Assembly: GCA_965215265.1 (NCBI GenBank)
Contig: OZ244048.1
Location: forward strand, 288,001 to 352,000
Direction: 5' to 3'
From: Candidatus Poribacteria bacterium
GTDB taxonomy: Bacteria; Poribacteria; WGA-4E; WGA-3G
Length of the DNA: 64,000 nucleotides
Positions 42,582 through 52,130 of this stretch are shown here, piece by piece (positions within the stretch are counted from its first letter, which is position 1; the number at the start of each line of letters is the position of its first letter). The notes under the pieces are model-generated. The model did no database searches, was not told the origin of the DNA, and saw only the letters and a list, made by a program, of their open reading frames with translations. Made by a program: the position numbers and the translations under genes.

Positions 42582-43172
42582 ATGGGTGTAGTATATACCC
42601 CGGCGATTGCCGATATCATTGATAAATTAGAAGCGGAGCATCCACTTCCGCGACTGGTGCCGCAACAGGAATGGAATCCTGAATTGACAGCCTCCCTCAA
42701 AGACACCTCGACGGACGTGCTTTTTGAAGGGCAGCCGCTCAAAGACACTACGTTTGCTAAGGCGATTAAAAGCGGCTTACTCTTGTGGAACGATGCACTA
42801 GACGTTTCACACACCATCTCGCAAGACCTCTTGAACCCAACCGGGAGCTACTGGCATGGCATCATGCACCGGAGGGAGCCCGACTATAGTAACGCGAAGT
42901 ATTGGTTCGGTAGAGTAGGAACGCATCCTATTTTTCCGGTGCTTCGCGAGCGCACGAGAACGCTTTTGAAAGAGATACAGAATCCATCGCCTGCGCTCAC
43001 CGCAATGGCACAGACTATTGAGGAAAACGCACAGTGGGATGCATACCAGTTTATTGATTGGTGTCAGGCTGCTGAAAGCAGTGGCGACGCAGATGTGATG
43101 CTTTTCTTGCAACAGGTGCAGGCAGAAGAGATTAAACTGTTACTCGCGTATTCCTATCGGAACGCTGTCTGA
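42582..43172 (+). CDS. Conserved hypothetical protein
   Basis: SD aaggag; contains SHTISQD...YWHGIMHRREPDYSNAKYWF. Confidence 0.75.
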   Translation: MGVVYTPAIADIIDKLEAEHPLPRLVPQQEWNPELTASLKDTSTDVLFEGQPLKDTTFAKAIKSGLLLWNDALDVSHTISQDLLNPTGSYWHGIMHRREPDYSNAKYWFGRVGTHPIFPVLRERTRTLLKEIQNPSPALTAMAQTIEENAQWDAYQFIDWCQAAESSGDADVMLFLQQVQAEEIKLLLAYSYRNAV

Positions 43173-43218
43173 ATCCTTCAGATAGAAATTCATAGCAACG
43201 TTCTGAAGGAGGTTAATA

Positions 43219-44193
43219 ATGTTCACAACAAGCAAGGCGAATGTTTGGTACCCCTTTGTTATTGTCATGATAGGATTTGTCTTACTCGGCTCCTGCGTGC
43301 CTTCTACTCGACAGAATCCGGGTAAAGTTGGAGCGGAATATCAGGAAATCAAGGCAATTTCTCAACAATTTGCACAGACTCACGAGACCGCTGATTGTGA
43401 AAAGTTAGTAGAAAAAACCAGAACTTTTATTAAGGCATACCCGAAACATAGACAAGTCGACGAGGTGTATTACCTACTCGGCAGTGCCTTGGTGCAACTT
43501 GAACGTGTAGAAGAAGCTATTGGGGTTTTTGAGGAATTGGTTAAGTATTACCCTACCGCAAACTACGTCGCACCTTGTTTATTGGAATTGGGGCTGGCTT
43601 ATGATAAACTCAGCAAGCACGATAAAGCGAATGCAGTCTATGAGAAGTTAGCAGATAAGCCCAAGTATCTCGCAGTACAGCAAGCACAAATTGCTAGGGA
43701 GCTGCTTGAACAAGAACCAACCGAACGAACTGGCAAATTACCGAATTCGTCCGTCTCGCTCCCCAGTTCAAGCGCTTTTATTGGAAAACCTGCACCGGAT
43801 TTTCAGGTGACAGATTTGCGAGGGAATCCTCTCTCGCTAGAGATGTTTCGTGGCCAGATTGTACTTCTCGATTTTTGGGCGACTTGGTGCCCGCCGTGTA
43901 TCGCTGAGATACCAAACCTTAAGAAGACTTATCAGAATTACAGCAATCAGAATTTTGAAATTATCGGCATCAGTTTAGATAGGAGAATGGCACCACTTGA
44001 GGCTTACATTCAGCAAGAAGGAATTGCCTGGCCCCAATTTTTAGACAATCAAGGCAAAATCGCCTCTATGTATCAGGTTACGGCGATTCCGTCGACCTTT
44101 CTCATTGACGGTGATGGCATCGTTCGTAAGACGAACCTCCGTGGGTACCTGCTGGAAACCGCTGTTTCGGACTTGCTGGAAAGTCTGCAGTAG
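43219..44193 (+). CDS. TPR plus TlpA/ResA-like thioredoxin lipoprotein (paralog 1)
   Basis: Lipobox LLGSC, TPR-like helices, LLDFWATWCPPC and AIPSTFLID. Confidence 0.88.
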   Translation: MFTTSKANVWYPFVIVMIGFVLLGSCVPSTRQNPGKVGAEYQEIKAISQQFAQTHETADCEKLVEKTRTFIKAYPKHRQVDEVYYLLGSALVQLERVEEAIGVFEELVKYYPTANYVAPCLLELGLAYDKLSKHDKANAVYEKLADKPKYLAVQQAQIARELLEQEPTERTGKLPNSSVSLPSSSAFIGKPAPDFQVTDLRGNPLSLEMFRGQIVLLDFWATWCPPCIAEIPNLKKTYQNYSNQNFEIIGISLDRRMAPLEAYIQQEGIAWPQFLDNQGKIASMYQVTAIPSTFLIDGDGIVRKTNLRGYLLETAVSDLLESLQ

Positions 44194-44270
44194 TGCCCAA
44201 TCAGAAGTGAGAGTAAGGCTCTTAGACTCCTTCATCTGCAAGTAGTACAGAATCATAGGGAGGTATAACG

Positions 44271-45287
44271 ATGTTACTGCGACAGGAAACAATCCAATTC
44301 TATGTCCGGCGTTACCTTGGTATTGGGCTCGCTACTGTTATCTTATTCAGTTTTTGTGCAAACTTCGCCGGGGCTGCACCAGTTAAAGTGAGTTACAAAT
44401 ATCAAGAAATTAAAGCAATCTCAAAAAATCTGAAAAAAAGCAAGGATTCAGATGATTTTGAGAAATTGGTTGAGAAGGCCAGAGCGTTTATTAATGAGTA
44501 TCCGCAATACAAAAGAGTGGACGAGGTTTACTACATCCTCGGTAATGCTTTAGTTCAGCAGCAACGGACTGAAGAAGGCATCCTGATCTTTGAAGCGCTC
44601 ATTCAGACGTATCCGGCTGCGCGCTATGTTGAAATTAGTTTATTGAAATTGGGATTGGCTTATGACAAACTCGGCAAGCACGACAAAGCAGATGATGCGT
44701 ATAAAAAATTAGTTAATCATCCGAAATACGGTTCCCGGGCGCAAGCGAAAATTGCAAGGCAGCTTCTTGAACGCGACAGAAGTGAACGGAACGGAGAACT
44801 CAACTCTTCGCCTGCAAATTCATTCATCGGAAAACCGGCACCGGATTTTGAGGTGATAGGACTGAACGGAGAAAAACTTTCATTGGAGAAATATCGTGGG
44901 CAGGTCGTACTCCTTGATTTTTGGGCGACTTGGTGTGCACCGTGTATCGCTGAGATGCCGCATGTCAAAAAGACTTATCAAAAGTACAAAGATCAGGACT
45001 TTGAGATTATCAGCATCAGCTTGGATCAGGCAGTACAGCCGCTTGAAGAATATATTAAGAAAGAAGGGCTCGCCTGGCCCCAATTTTTGGACGATGGACG
45101 CAAAATCTCCAAGTTGTATAATGTTAGTGCAATTCCGTCCACTTTTTTGATTAACGGTGACGGTGTTGTTCGCAAGACAAATCTACGTGGTAGCGCACTT
45201 GAGACTGCCGTAGCCGAATTGGTGAAGGAAAACTTAGCCAAGCAAGTTGAAAAAAAAGCTGCCACAGATTCGCAAGCACCTCAATAG
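44271..45287 (+). CDS. TPR plus TlpA/ResA-like thioredoxin (paralog 2)
   Basis: Signal peptide and LLDFWATWCAPC; tandem paralog of 43219-44193. Confidence 0.88.
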   Translation: MLLRQETIQFYVRRYLGIGLATVILFSFCANFAGAAPVKVSYKYQEIKAISKNLKKSKDSDDFEKLVEKARAFINEYPQYKRVDEVYYILGNALVQQQRTEEGILIFEALIQTYPAARYVEISLLKLGLAYDKLGKHDKADDAYKKLVNHPKYGSRAQAKIARQLLERDRSERNGELNSSPANSFIGKPAPDFEVIGLNGEKLSLEKYRGQVVLLDFWATWCAPCIAEMPHVKKTYQKYKDQDFEIISISLDQAVQPLEEYIKKEGLAWPQFLDDGRKISKLYNVSAIPSTFLINGDGVVRKTNLRGSALETAVAELVKENLAKQVEKKAATDSQAPQ

Positions 45288-45341
45288 AAACGTCTATGCT
45301 GCCTGATAACATTAGAACCTTCTAATAGGAAAGGAATAATT

Positions 45342-46454
45342 ATGGCACAGGTCACCTTAAAGAATGTCACCAAGATTTATGATGGCGATGTCCGCGCTGT
45401 CGAACAAGCAGATTTTGAGATTCCCGATGAAAGTTTTACAGTGCTTGTCGGACCGTCCGGGTGTGGCAAATCGACAATCTTGCGGATGATCGCCGGACTA
45501 GAAGAAATTACGGACGGCGATATCTATATTGACGGTGAACGTGTCAACGATATTCCGCCCAAAGCGCGGGACATCGCCATGGTTTTCCAGAACTATGCGC
45601 TCTACCCGCACATGACGGTGTATAAGAACATGGCGTTCGGGTTGAAACTGCGTAAGTACCCTAAAGCAGAGATTGCACAACGTGTGAAAGAAGCCGCAGA
45701 AATCCTGAGTATATCGCATCTGTTAGGGCGAAAACCGAAACATCTCTCCGGCGGTGAACGACAGCGGGTTGCTGTCGGACGCGCGATTGTCCGACAGCCG
45801 AAGGTGTTTCTGTTTGATGAACCGCTGAGCAACCTCGATGCGAAGTTGCGGGTGCAAATGCGGATGGAAATTAGCCGGCTGCACGACCGGCTTAATGCAA
45901 CGATCGTCTACGTCACACACGATCAGGTTGAAGCGATGACAATGGGCGATCAGATTGTAGTACTCAATGCCGGTAAAATACAGCAGATAGCGAACCCGGC
46001 GACGCTCTATCATAAGCCCGCGAACCAATTTGTCGCAGGTTTCATCGGCACACCGCCCATGAATTTTATAAATACCCAAATTGTCAATAACGGCGGTGAC
46101 AACGCACTCCAATTTGATGGATTCAAGTTGGAACTGAACGAAAAACTCCGTGCATCCTTGCATCAGCTCGACGGTTCAGCGGTGACGCTCGGAATCCGTC
46201 CCGAAAATATTCACGTCGGCAGTTCCGATAAAAGCGGATTGTCGGCGCGGGTGGTGCTCGTTGAACCGCTCGGCAATCACGCCCTCTTATATCTTCAGAC
46301 CGGGGAAAATAATTTCATTGCAAATGTTGATGATGTGAACTTGCCCCACACGCATGTATCGCTGCCGATCCATTTTAACATGGAAAAAGCACATCTGTTT
46401 CATACAGAAACCGGCGAGGCGTTGACAGCAACTGAGCCCGTAGGTGCGACCTGA
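45342..46454 (+). CDS. Carbohydrate ABC transporter ATP-binding protein (MalK/UgpC/MsmX family)
   Basis: GPSGCGKST, VFQNYALYPHM, LSGGERQRVA, FDEPLSNLDAKLR and YVTHDQVEAM. Confidence 0.93.
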   Translation: MAQVTLKNVTKIYDGDVRAVEQADFEIPDESFTVLVGPSGCGKSTILRMIAGLEEITDGDIYIDGERVNDIPPKARDIAMVFQNYALYPHMTVYKNMAFGLKLRKYPKAEIAQRVKEAAEILSISHLLGRKPKHLSGGERQRVAVGRAIVRQPKVFLFDEPLSNLDAKLRVQMRMEISRLHDRLNATIVYVTHDQVEAMTMGDQIVVLNAGKIQQIANPATLYHKPANQFVAGFIGTPPMNFINTQIVNNGGDNALQFDGFKLELNEKLRASLHQLDGSAVTLGIRPENIHVGSSDKSGLSARVVLVEPLGNHALLYLQTGENNFIANVDDVNLPHTHVSLPIHFNMEKAHLFHTETGEALTATEPVGAT

Positions 46455-46531
46455 GCGCCGTAGATCTCGAAATTAAAAATTGCTGTAAGCGTTTCCAAAC
46501 TGTGAGTGCGCTACACATAGGGAAGTGTTAT

Positions 46532-47572
46532 TTAACTGCCTTCTCGCTGTCTAGACTGGGTAACAAGACAAGAGATCTGCCGCCATGTCTCTGCATCTAT
46601 TGGGATTCCTTCTTGTTCTCGTTTGCGCTGCTCCTCCCAACCGCGCTCACCCGGTACCCGAATTTCATCACCTCCTGCCGCGCCCTTGGCCGATTTGAGA
46701 TACTGGATAAATCTCTCTACCTCCTCACTGAAACCGGGGAAGTCTCTGAAGCTAGCGATGTTAATCACAAGTACAAATAAGCCATTGCCGACACGCACGT
46801 CTTCGCCTCGGCTGCACCCGGCAGTTGTGAGCGCGCCCGCCAGGATGTCCACAATAATGCTAAGCCCATAGCCTTTATGCGCACCGAACGGCAATAACGC
46901 AGCAGGCGAAATGCCATAGAAATCGCCAGCGTTAGTCGTTGATAAGCCATCCGCGTTGATGAGCCAGCCGTGCGGCACGTCCTCATTCTGATGCTGTTTG
47001 ACGCGAATTTTTCCCGAAGCCACAACACTGGTAGACATATCCAGTACAATAGGCGGCTGCCCTTCAATCGGAACAGCACACGCTATCGGATTTGTCGAGA
47101 GCCGCGGTTCAACCCCGCCATGCGGCACGACACAAACACCGCCACCGTGGTCGTTCGCCATCAACAATCCGATCATGCCCGTTTCTGCAGCGAGACATGC
47201 GTATCCGCCTAACCGTCCCACTTCATTGCACTGTGAAACCGCAATGGCACTGACATCGCTCTGCTTTGCCTTGCGAATTGCCAAGTCAACTGCTCGCGTC
47301 GCGATGACCGGCCCAAAGCCCCAATTCCCATTCAACACGGCCATGGACGTTGATTCATGCAAGGTCTCTGTCGGCACACCGGGGTGAATTAATCCGGCTC
47401 CCAATTCCTTCACATACTTTGGCAGATGGATAACACCGTGTGAATCGTGCCCGACGCGATTGGCATCCACCATAGAACGCGTGACAATCTCGGCTTCGGT
47501 TCTCGGCACACCCCATTTCTCAAACACATTTAGACAGATCTTAGTGAGTTTTCCAGCTGTAAAATTCGGCAT
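46532..47572 (-). CDS. Ldh_2 family (malate/lactate/ureidoglycolate) oxidoreductase
   Basis: GHDSHG, NGNWGFG, STNPI, VLDMSTS, LLPFGAHKGYGL and RVPGE; SD before MPNF. Confidence 0.9.
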   Translation of the reverse strand: MPNFTAGKLTKICLNVFEKWGVPRTEAEIVTRSMVDANRVGHDSHGVIHLPKYVKELGAGLIHPGVPTETLHESTSMAVLNGNWGFGPVIATRAVDLAIRKAKQSDVSAIAVSQCNEVGRLGGYACLAAETGMIGLLMANDHGGGVCVVPHGGVEPRLSTNPIACAVPIEGQPPIVLDMSTSVVASGKIRVKQHQNEDVPHGWLINADGLSTTNAGDFYGISPAALLPFGAHKGYGLSIIVDILAGALTTAGCSRGEDVRVGNGLFVLVINIASFRDFPGFSEEVERFIQYLKSAKGAAGGDEIRVPGERGWEEQRKREQEGIPIDAETWRQISCLVTQSRQREGS

Positions 47573-47996
47573 TGCGTGGCTCCTTATATGAGATAGCATT
47601 ATTTTATGCGTCCCCGTTGATGTTGTCAAGAGCGAAGTCAAACGTGAGTGCTGCTTCCGTTACCTTCACCGTGCTGTTAACACACGGTGAATGCAGGGAA
47701 ATCGTGCAGCAAAGAAAAAGAATAAAAAAAATCACGTTTTATGAGACTTTTTTATCTAACTCGCATTCTTGGTTAATGAAAGTGGAAGACTTTCGCCCTC
47801 ACAATAGGAAGCATAAAAAACAACAACCCGACTTCTCCTGAAAATCTGAAAAGACAGCCAATCCGTGATGCAGATACGCGGATGCAAGCCGTTAATCGTG
47901 CCTCTTGAAACTGCGCGGATTCGTCGTGCAAACCGCGTGCAAAATGCACGCGAACCCCAAAAGGCTGCCTCACAGGCACATTTTTTTTATTTTAAC

Positions 47997-48025
47997 TTGA
48001 CAAACGCATTTTCAGACGGTATCCT
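47997..48025 (+). promoter_or_regulatory. Sigma70-type promoter candidate
   Basis: TTGACA-17 nt-TATCCT. Confidence 0.55.
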
Positions 48026-48132
48026 TAAAATAACCTTTTGCAAAGAAGGTAAAAGTGTTCTCAGCGCCTTAACTTGAGAACGAATGTCTCTTTACGAGTT
48101 CAAACCGATTCCCTTCCCGGGAATTATAACCT

Positions 48133-48915
48133 ATGGAGTGCCTTATGCTACGTGACATTCTCACAAATAAAGGGGTGCCCGCCTGTCTCCTTTTCTTCAG
48201 TCTCATGGTTGGCGGGAGCCTCTTCTATAGATGGTACGTCAACCGTGCTATTCAGGACGCAGACGCGAAACACCAACAGTTTCTACAGCAGCTAGAAACG
48301 AAAAGAGGAACACGCACCGCACAAGATGTTGGCGTTCCAACAGATATCGAGGTCCCTGGACAAGCGGAACCTATGTCCGTTGAAACTAATGATACGCCCG
48401 AGGAGGTAGCTGGCACAGACACGCCGCCGATGGAATCGGAGGCTCACACAGATTCGGTGGATGGTTTTGAATCTGACGCTATAGCGGATGAAGACTCAGC
48501 CGATATACAGGTCTCGCCCTACGGTTTCGGACCGTATCCTGAATTACCTGAAGGATGGCCTGCTGATCAGATATGGCCATGTATCTCTGCTAATCATGAA
48601 TTGATGACGCGCGTGCAGGTCAAATTAGCCCATCAGGGGATACTTACCAGAGGTTCCATAATGGAGGACGGCTTGGTATACCCAACATACCCTGGTAGCG
48701 TCTATATCAAATGGGCGTATCGAGAAAAAAATGGGACTCTCTATATTACTGATTTGTCTGGTGATTCGGATGCTGTAGATCGCATAAGTGCTATTGAAGA
48801 AGCCAGAGGCGATGGTTTTACCAAGGCAGACATTCCATTAGACATAAAAATGCTATCTTACGAAGAGGCGGGTATTGACCCCTACACTTTTTTAGATTTA
48901 GGAGATAAACGCTGA
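48133..48915 (+). CDS. Hypothetical membrane-anchored protein
   Basis: N-terminal transmembrane helix, acidic linker, VSPYGFGPYPELP and a C-terminal GIDPYTFLDL. Confidence 0.7.
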   Translation: MECLMLRDILTNKGVPACLLFFSLMVGGSLFYRWYVNRAIQDADAKHQQFLQQLETKRGTRTAQDVGVPTDIEVPGQAEPMSVETNDTPEEVAGTDTPPMESEAHTDSVDGFESDAIADEDSADIQVSPYGFGPYPELPEGWPADQIWPCISANHELMTRVQVKLAHQGILTRGSIMEDGLVYPTYPGSVYIKWAYREKNGTLYITDLSGDSDAVDRISAIEEARGDGFTKADIPLDIKMLSYEEAGIDPYTFLDLGDKR

Positions 48916-48963
48916 AACGCATACTATCTTATGCCCTACTACTTGGCCTCCTCGGAGGAACAT

Positions 48964-49251
48964 CTATTTAGGCCTATAACAGAAACTCTGGTTCCGGGAG
49001 TAACTAGCGAAAGGGAGTTCGTATTCGTCAAGAATCGCACCGTCAAGCACGATACGGTTTCCGCGTTCCGTACGCATAGCATATTGCGACACAAATACCG
49101 CATCTACCTGTCGCGCACACGTTTGCAGCAGCGTCCCGAGCGGAATACTCACCGCACCTTCGTGGACGATGTGGTTCTGTTCGTAGCGTTCCAGCGTCGT
49201 GTAGTAGTCGCGGACAGATTTACTGTTGGAGTTCAGCCTCAAGTGTCGCAT
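48964..49251 (-). pseudogene. N-terminal fragment of a Type ISP/IIG-like restriction-modification enzyme
   Basis: VRDYY.TL..Y......HEGAVS...LL..C....DG...DEY.LP resembles such N-termini; it stops before the expected EAK nuclease motif. Confidence 0.6.
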
Positions 49252-49289
49252 GCCTTTATCATAGCAGAATTCAAAACAAATGGCAATTC

Positions 49290-49344
49290 GTATCTTTCAG
49301 CCCCATCAAGGGTTATGTTTTGTCAGCTACTGTGTAAATCCCGT
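49290..49344 (+). repeat. Degenerate 55-bp intergenic repeat, copy A
   Basis: 41/55 ungapped identity to 57198-57252 by manual alignment. Confidence 0.65.
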
Positions 49345-49601
49345 CTTTTCGTCTATTTCAGCGCTATAAAGGCTGCTGCTCTCAAAAAAATAGGGGTAAA
49401 TGAGAATTCGTAAAATAGACATTTCACTTGACAAACTGACTTTATCCGCGTGATGGTTTTTACCAGACATTACCGACCCGAAATTGCGGGATTGAAACGG
49501 ATGAACATTCGGTCTCTATATCTCCTCTCTTTCTCGGTTAAAATAATAAGCATCTCTTTCTATCTATTTCTATTTCGTTGGCACTCAATCGGTCCGATAG
49601 C

Positions 49602-51008
49602 TCAACCTTCAGACTCCTCCATGCTACTTTTTTGTCTGTTTCCTTTCACCGATGCTATAACGGCGGATGCTAACACGGCAAAGCCGAAGAGAGTAAAGGG
49701 CATCTGCCAGAGAAGAAAACTCATGTGGGTATGGATGAATGAGTGTGCCTTGAAGATTACATACCACGATAAAGGTGCCAGAATTGAAAACCACGTTGTC
49801 CAGATCAGTGCGATGGCGTGCTGTCGTCGCTCGGCCATCATCTCTTCATTTCTTTGTAAAAACAGCAGAGCGGACATCATCATAAAAAGAACTATGAGGT
49901 AAAGATAACGTATTTTCAATAGGTAATTAGAGACAAAGGCGTTGGTGTCGGAGAGATAGTTGTTGAGATCTAAGAAGATACCTTTCATGTAAGTCATAAC
50001 CACCGGTATGGTACCGGCTTCAAGACTTGCAGCATATACAGGCGGAAAATTTTCGGACTCTCCGTGTGTTCGCTTTCCGAAGGAATAGAGCACATGCTCA
50101 ACGCCATCCAAGAAGCCGTCCTTCGCGGCACCGATTTGGAAACATAAAAGTATAAGAGCGAAAAGAATTGCTATGCCGGATCCGAGTCCTGCTGCAAGCG
50201 TGCACTTCAGGGATTGGTGCCGGTTCCACTTGTCGAGGATGGCATAATAGATACACGGTGCCATCATCATTACCAGAGTGGTTGTAATATACTCGAATCC
50301 GTTGATGAAACACTTAATGAAAACCGCGCCAAAAATCAGAATTCCGAACTTGATGAGTTGACGGCTCGCTTGGACTCTGTGGCGTTTAAGGAAGTACATG
50401 ACGACAATCATCGGGAAGTAGAAAGCCCATAGACTCCACCAAAGATTTCGACCAAAGACTGTCAACCATTGTGAGAGTAACGTCGAACCTATGACGCATA
50501 TCGCAACCCATCCGCCAAACTCCTCATAGAACCACCCTATAATTGTGGTTAATGCGATTGCTGAGAGTAGGGCGCTCAGCAGATAGAATGCGCGTAACTT
50601 GATTTGAGGCGATAGCGGGATGAGCTTATCAAATAGACTGAAAAGTATCCCTTGACCGCCGGGCAGTGACATGTAAGTCGAGAATTCATCAAAGGCGAGT
50701 TTATTGAGATAAGCAGCGTATTGATTATCAATCTGAATTGAAGATATCCACTGCTGCTGGATATCAGTTGTAATTCCCGCGCCCGTCAGGCCGCCGGCTG
50801 AGAAGATACCGTCTTGACGAGATTTGACCATTCTGCCCAGAATGAGACTTTCGGTGTCTCGCTGATGGTTCTCAAACCATTGCTGTTCGGCAACGTGCCA
50901 TAAATTAGAAAAGAACCCGGAAAATAGGAGTCCGATTGATATTGCCCAGACGGCTATCTTCCGTGCAAGCTCCGATTGACTGAACTGTTTAAGTTGTATA
51001 GCCAGCAT
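49602..51008 (-). CDS. Polytopic membrane protein (possibly GT-C glycosyltransferase-like)
   Basis: Many transmembrane segments, with Y.S.PGGQG, RNLWW, GFEYITT and KAHSFIH. Confidence 0.6.
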   Translation of the reverse strand: MLAIQLKQFSQSELARKIAVWAISIGLLFSGFFSNLWHVAEQQWFENHQRDTESLILGRMVKSRQDGIFSAGGLTGAGITTDIQQQWISSIQIDNQYAAYLNKLAFDEFSTYMSLPGGQGILFSLFDKLIPLSPQIKLRAFYLLSALLSAIALTTIIGWFYEEFGGWVAICVIGSTLLSQWLTVFGRNLWWSLWAFYFPMIVVMYFLKRHRVQASRQLIKFGILIFGAVFIKCFINGFEYITTTLVMMMAPCIYYAILDKWNRHQSLKCTLAAGLGSGIAILFALILLCFQIGAAKDGFLDGVEHVLYSFGKRTHGESENFPPVYAASLEAGTIPVVMTYMKGIFLDLNNYLSDTNAFVSNYLLKIRYLYLIVLFMMMSALLFLQRNEEMMAERRQHAIALIWTTWFSILAPLSWYVIFKAHSFIHTHMSFLLWQMPFTLFGFAVLASAVIASVKGNRQKSSMEESEG

Positions 51009-51107
51009 GTCATTTGTGTCCGTTATTTGGGTGGAGTCTGCTGCAAGAGGGTTCTCAGGTGCATTCCAAGTGTTGAGTTGAGCCCCCGTTTTAGTATACT
51101 TCGTCCG

Positions 51108-52001
51108 CTACAGTATCCGCCCTTTGGGTATATGCGAGTTGAGGTACCAGCGAGAATCAGCAGGCGGTTGCGGGTCAGGCGGTTGCATGGAAGCAAACTC
51201 AGCCAACTTCGGTCGGATCTCGTTTTCCCAAATCCCCTCGACATCATCAAACGTCAGTGGTATCGGATTGGAGACTTCTGCTTTATATGCGGCTAGCAAC
51301 TCCGTTGTCTTTTCACCAAAATGTGCGACAATATCTGATACCATCTGTTCTCCGACGAGACGACTGGCGGATTCGTTGAGCTCTCCCATTGCAAAATGAG
51401 GTGCACGTGTTTCATCCGTGGGCATCCGTGACATATCTACACAGTCTGGGGCGACTGCCCACAGCACGGACGTTTCCCCGCGTCCGGCGTGCCCGCCCAA
51501 TCCTTTACCATCCTTGAAGCGCTGGATATCTGCCCCTATACTCATCGAGGAATACATCCGGACGCCGACATGTGCTTGCATAATTTCAATCACGACCGGC
51601 ACGTCTAACCGATGCGGGCCCGAGTGTCCCGAAAACAGAATTGCCCCGTGAAACCCCAATGCATCCACCGCTCGAATGTGATAGCAGATATTCTTCAAAA
51701 ACATCCAAGGCGGTATCGCTGTCAGCCACGGGCGCTCTTGATTAATTTTATTGTGTCCCCATGCCCCGTAGCCGCCAATCTCATGACAGTGCCAATAAAA
51801 CGGGGGGGCGACAATTCCGCCGTGTTCTTGCGCTGCATGACATGAGCATTCGTATGCCCGAATGGCATCCATCCCCACCGCATTATGCCAACCATGCGGT
51901 TCACATAACCCATAAGGTAGATATACCATTGGACATCCCGCGAATGCTGCTTCTAATTCATCTGGAAACATCCGTTCCCATCGCACCTCATTGCGTCTCA
52001 T
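51108..52001 (-). CDS. Creatininase/amidohydrolase family protein
   Basis: RWERMFPDE, LPYGLCEPHG.H...G.D, FSGH and HAGRGETS. Confidence 0.88.
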   Translation of the reverse strand: MRRNEVRWERMFPDELEAAFAGCPMVYLPYGLCEPHGWHNAVGMDAIRAYECSCHAAQEHGGIVAPPFYWHCHEIGGYGAWGHNKINQERPWLTAIPPWMFLKNICYHIRAVDALGFHGAILFSGHSGPHRLDVPVVIEIMQAHVGVRMYSSMSIGADIQRFKDGKGLGGHAGRGETSVLWAVAPDCVDMSRMPTDETRAPHFAMGELNESASRLVGEQMVSDIVAHFGEKTTELLAAYKAEVSNPIPLTFDDVEGIWENEIRPKLAEFASMQPPDPQPPADSRWYLNSHIPKGRIL

Positions 52002-52117
52002 ACGATACTCCTTTCTGAATCTAATGCCTCGTTGAGTTCTTGGGTTAGAATGCCCTGAATGTGTAGGTAGCCTGCCGCATCAAAAGCATAGTTCTCTTCT
52101 CCGTTTATGTGATGCAT
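51998..52117 (-). pseudogene. 39-aa remnant of a PhyH-family gene (internal deletion)
   Basis: MHHINGEENYAFDAAGYLHIQGILTQELNEALDSERSIV* matches a PhyH N-terminus; its stop overlaps the creatininase ATG. Confidence 0.6.
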
Positions 52118-52130
52118 TCAATTGGTGCCG

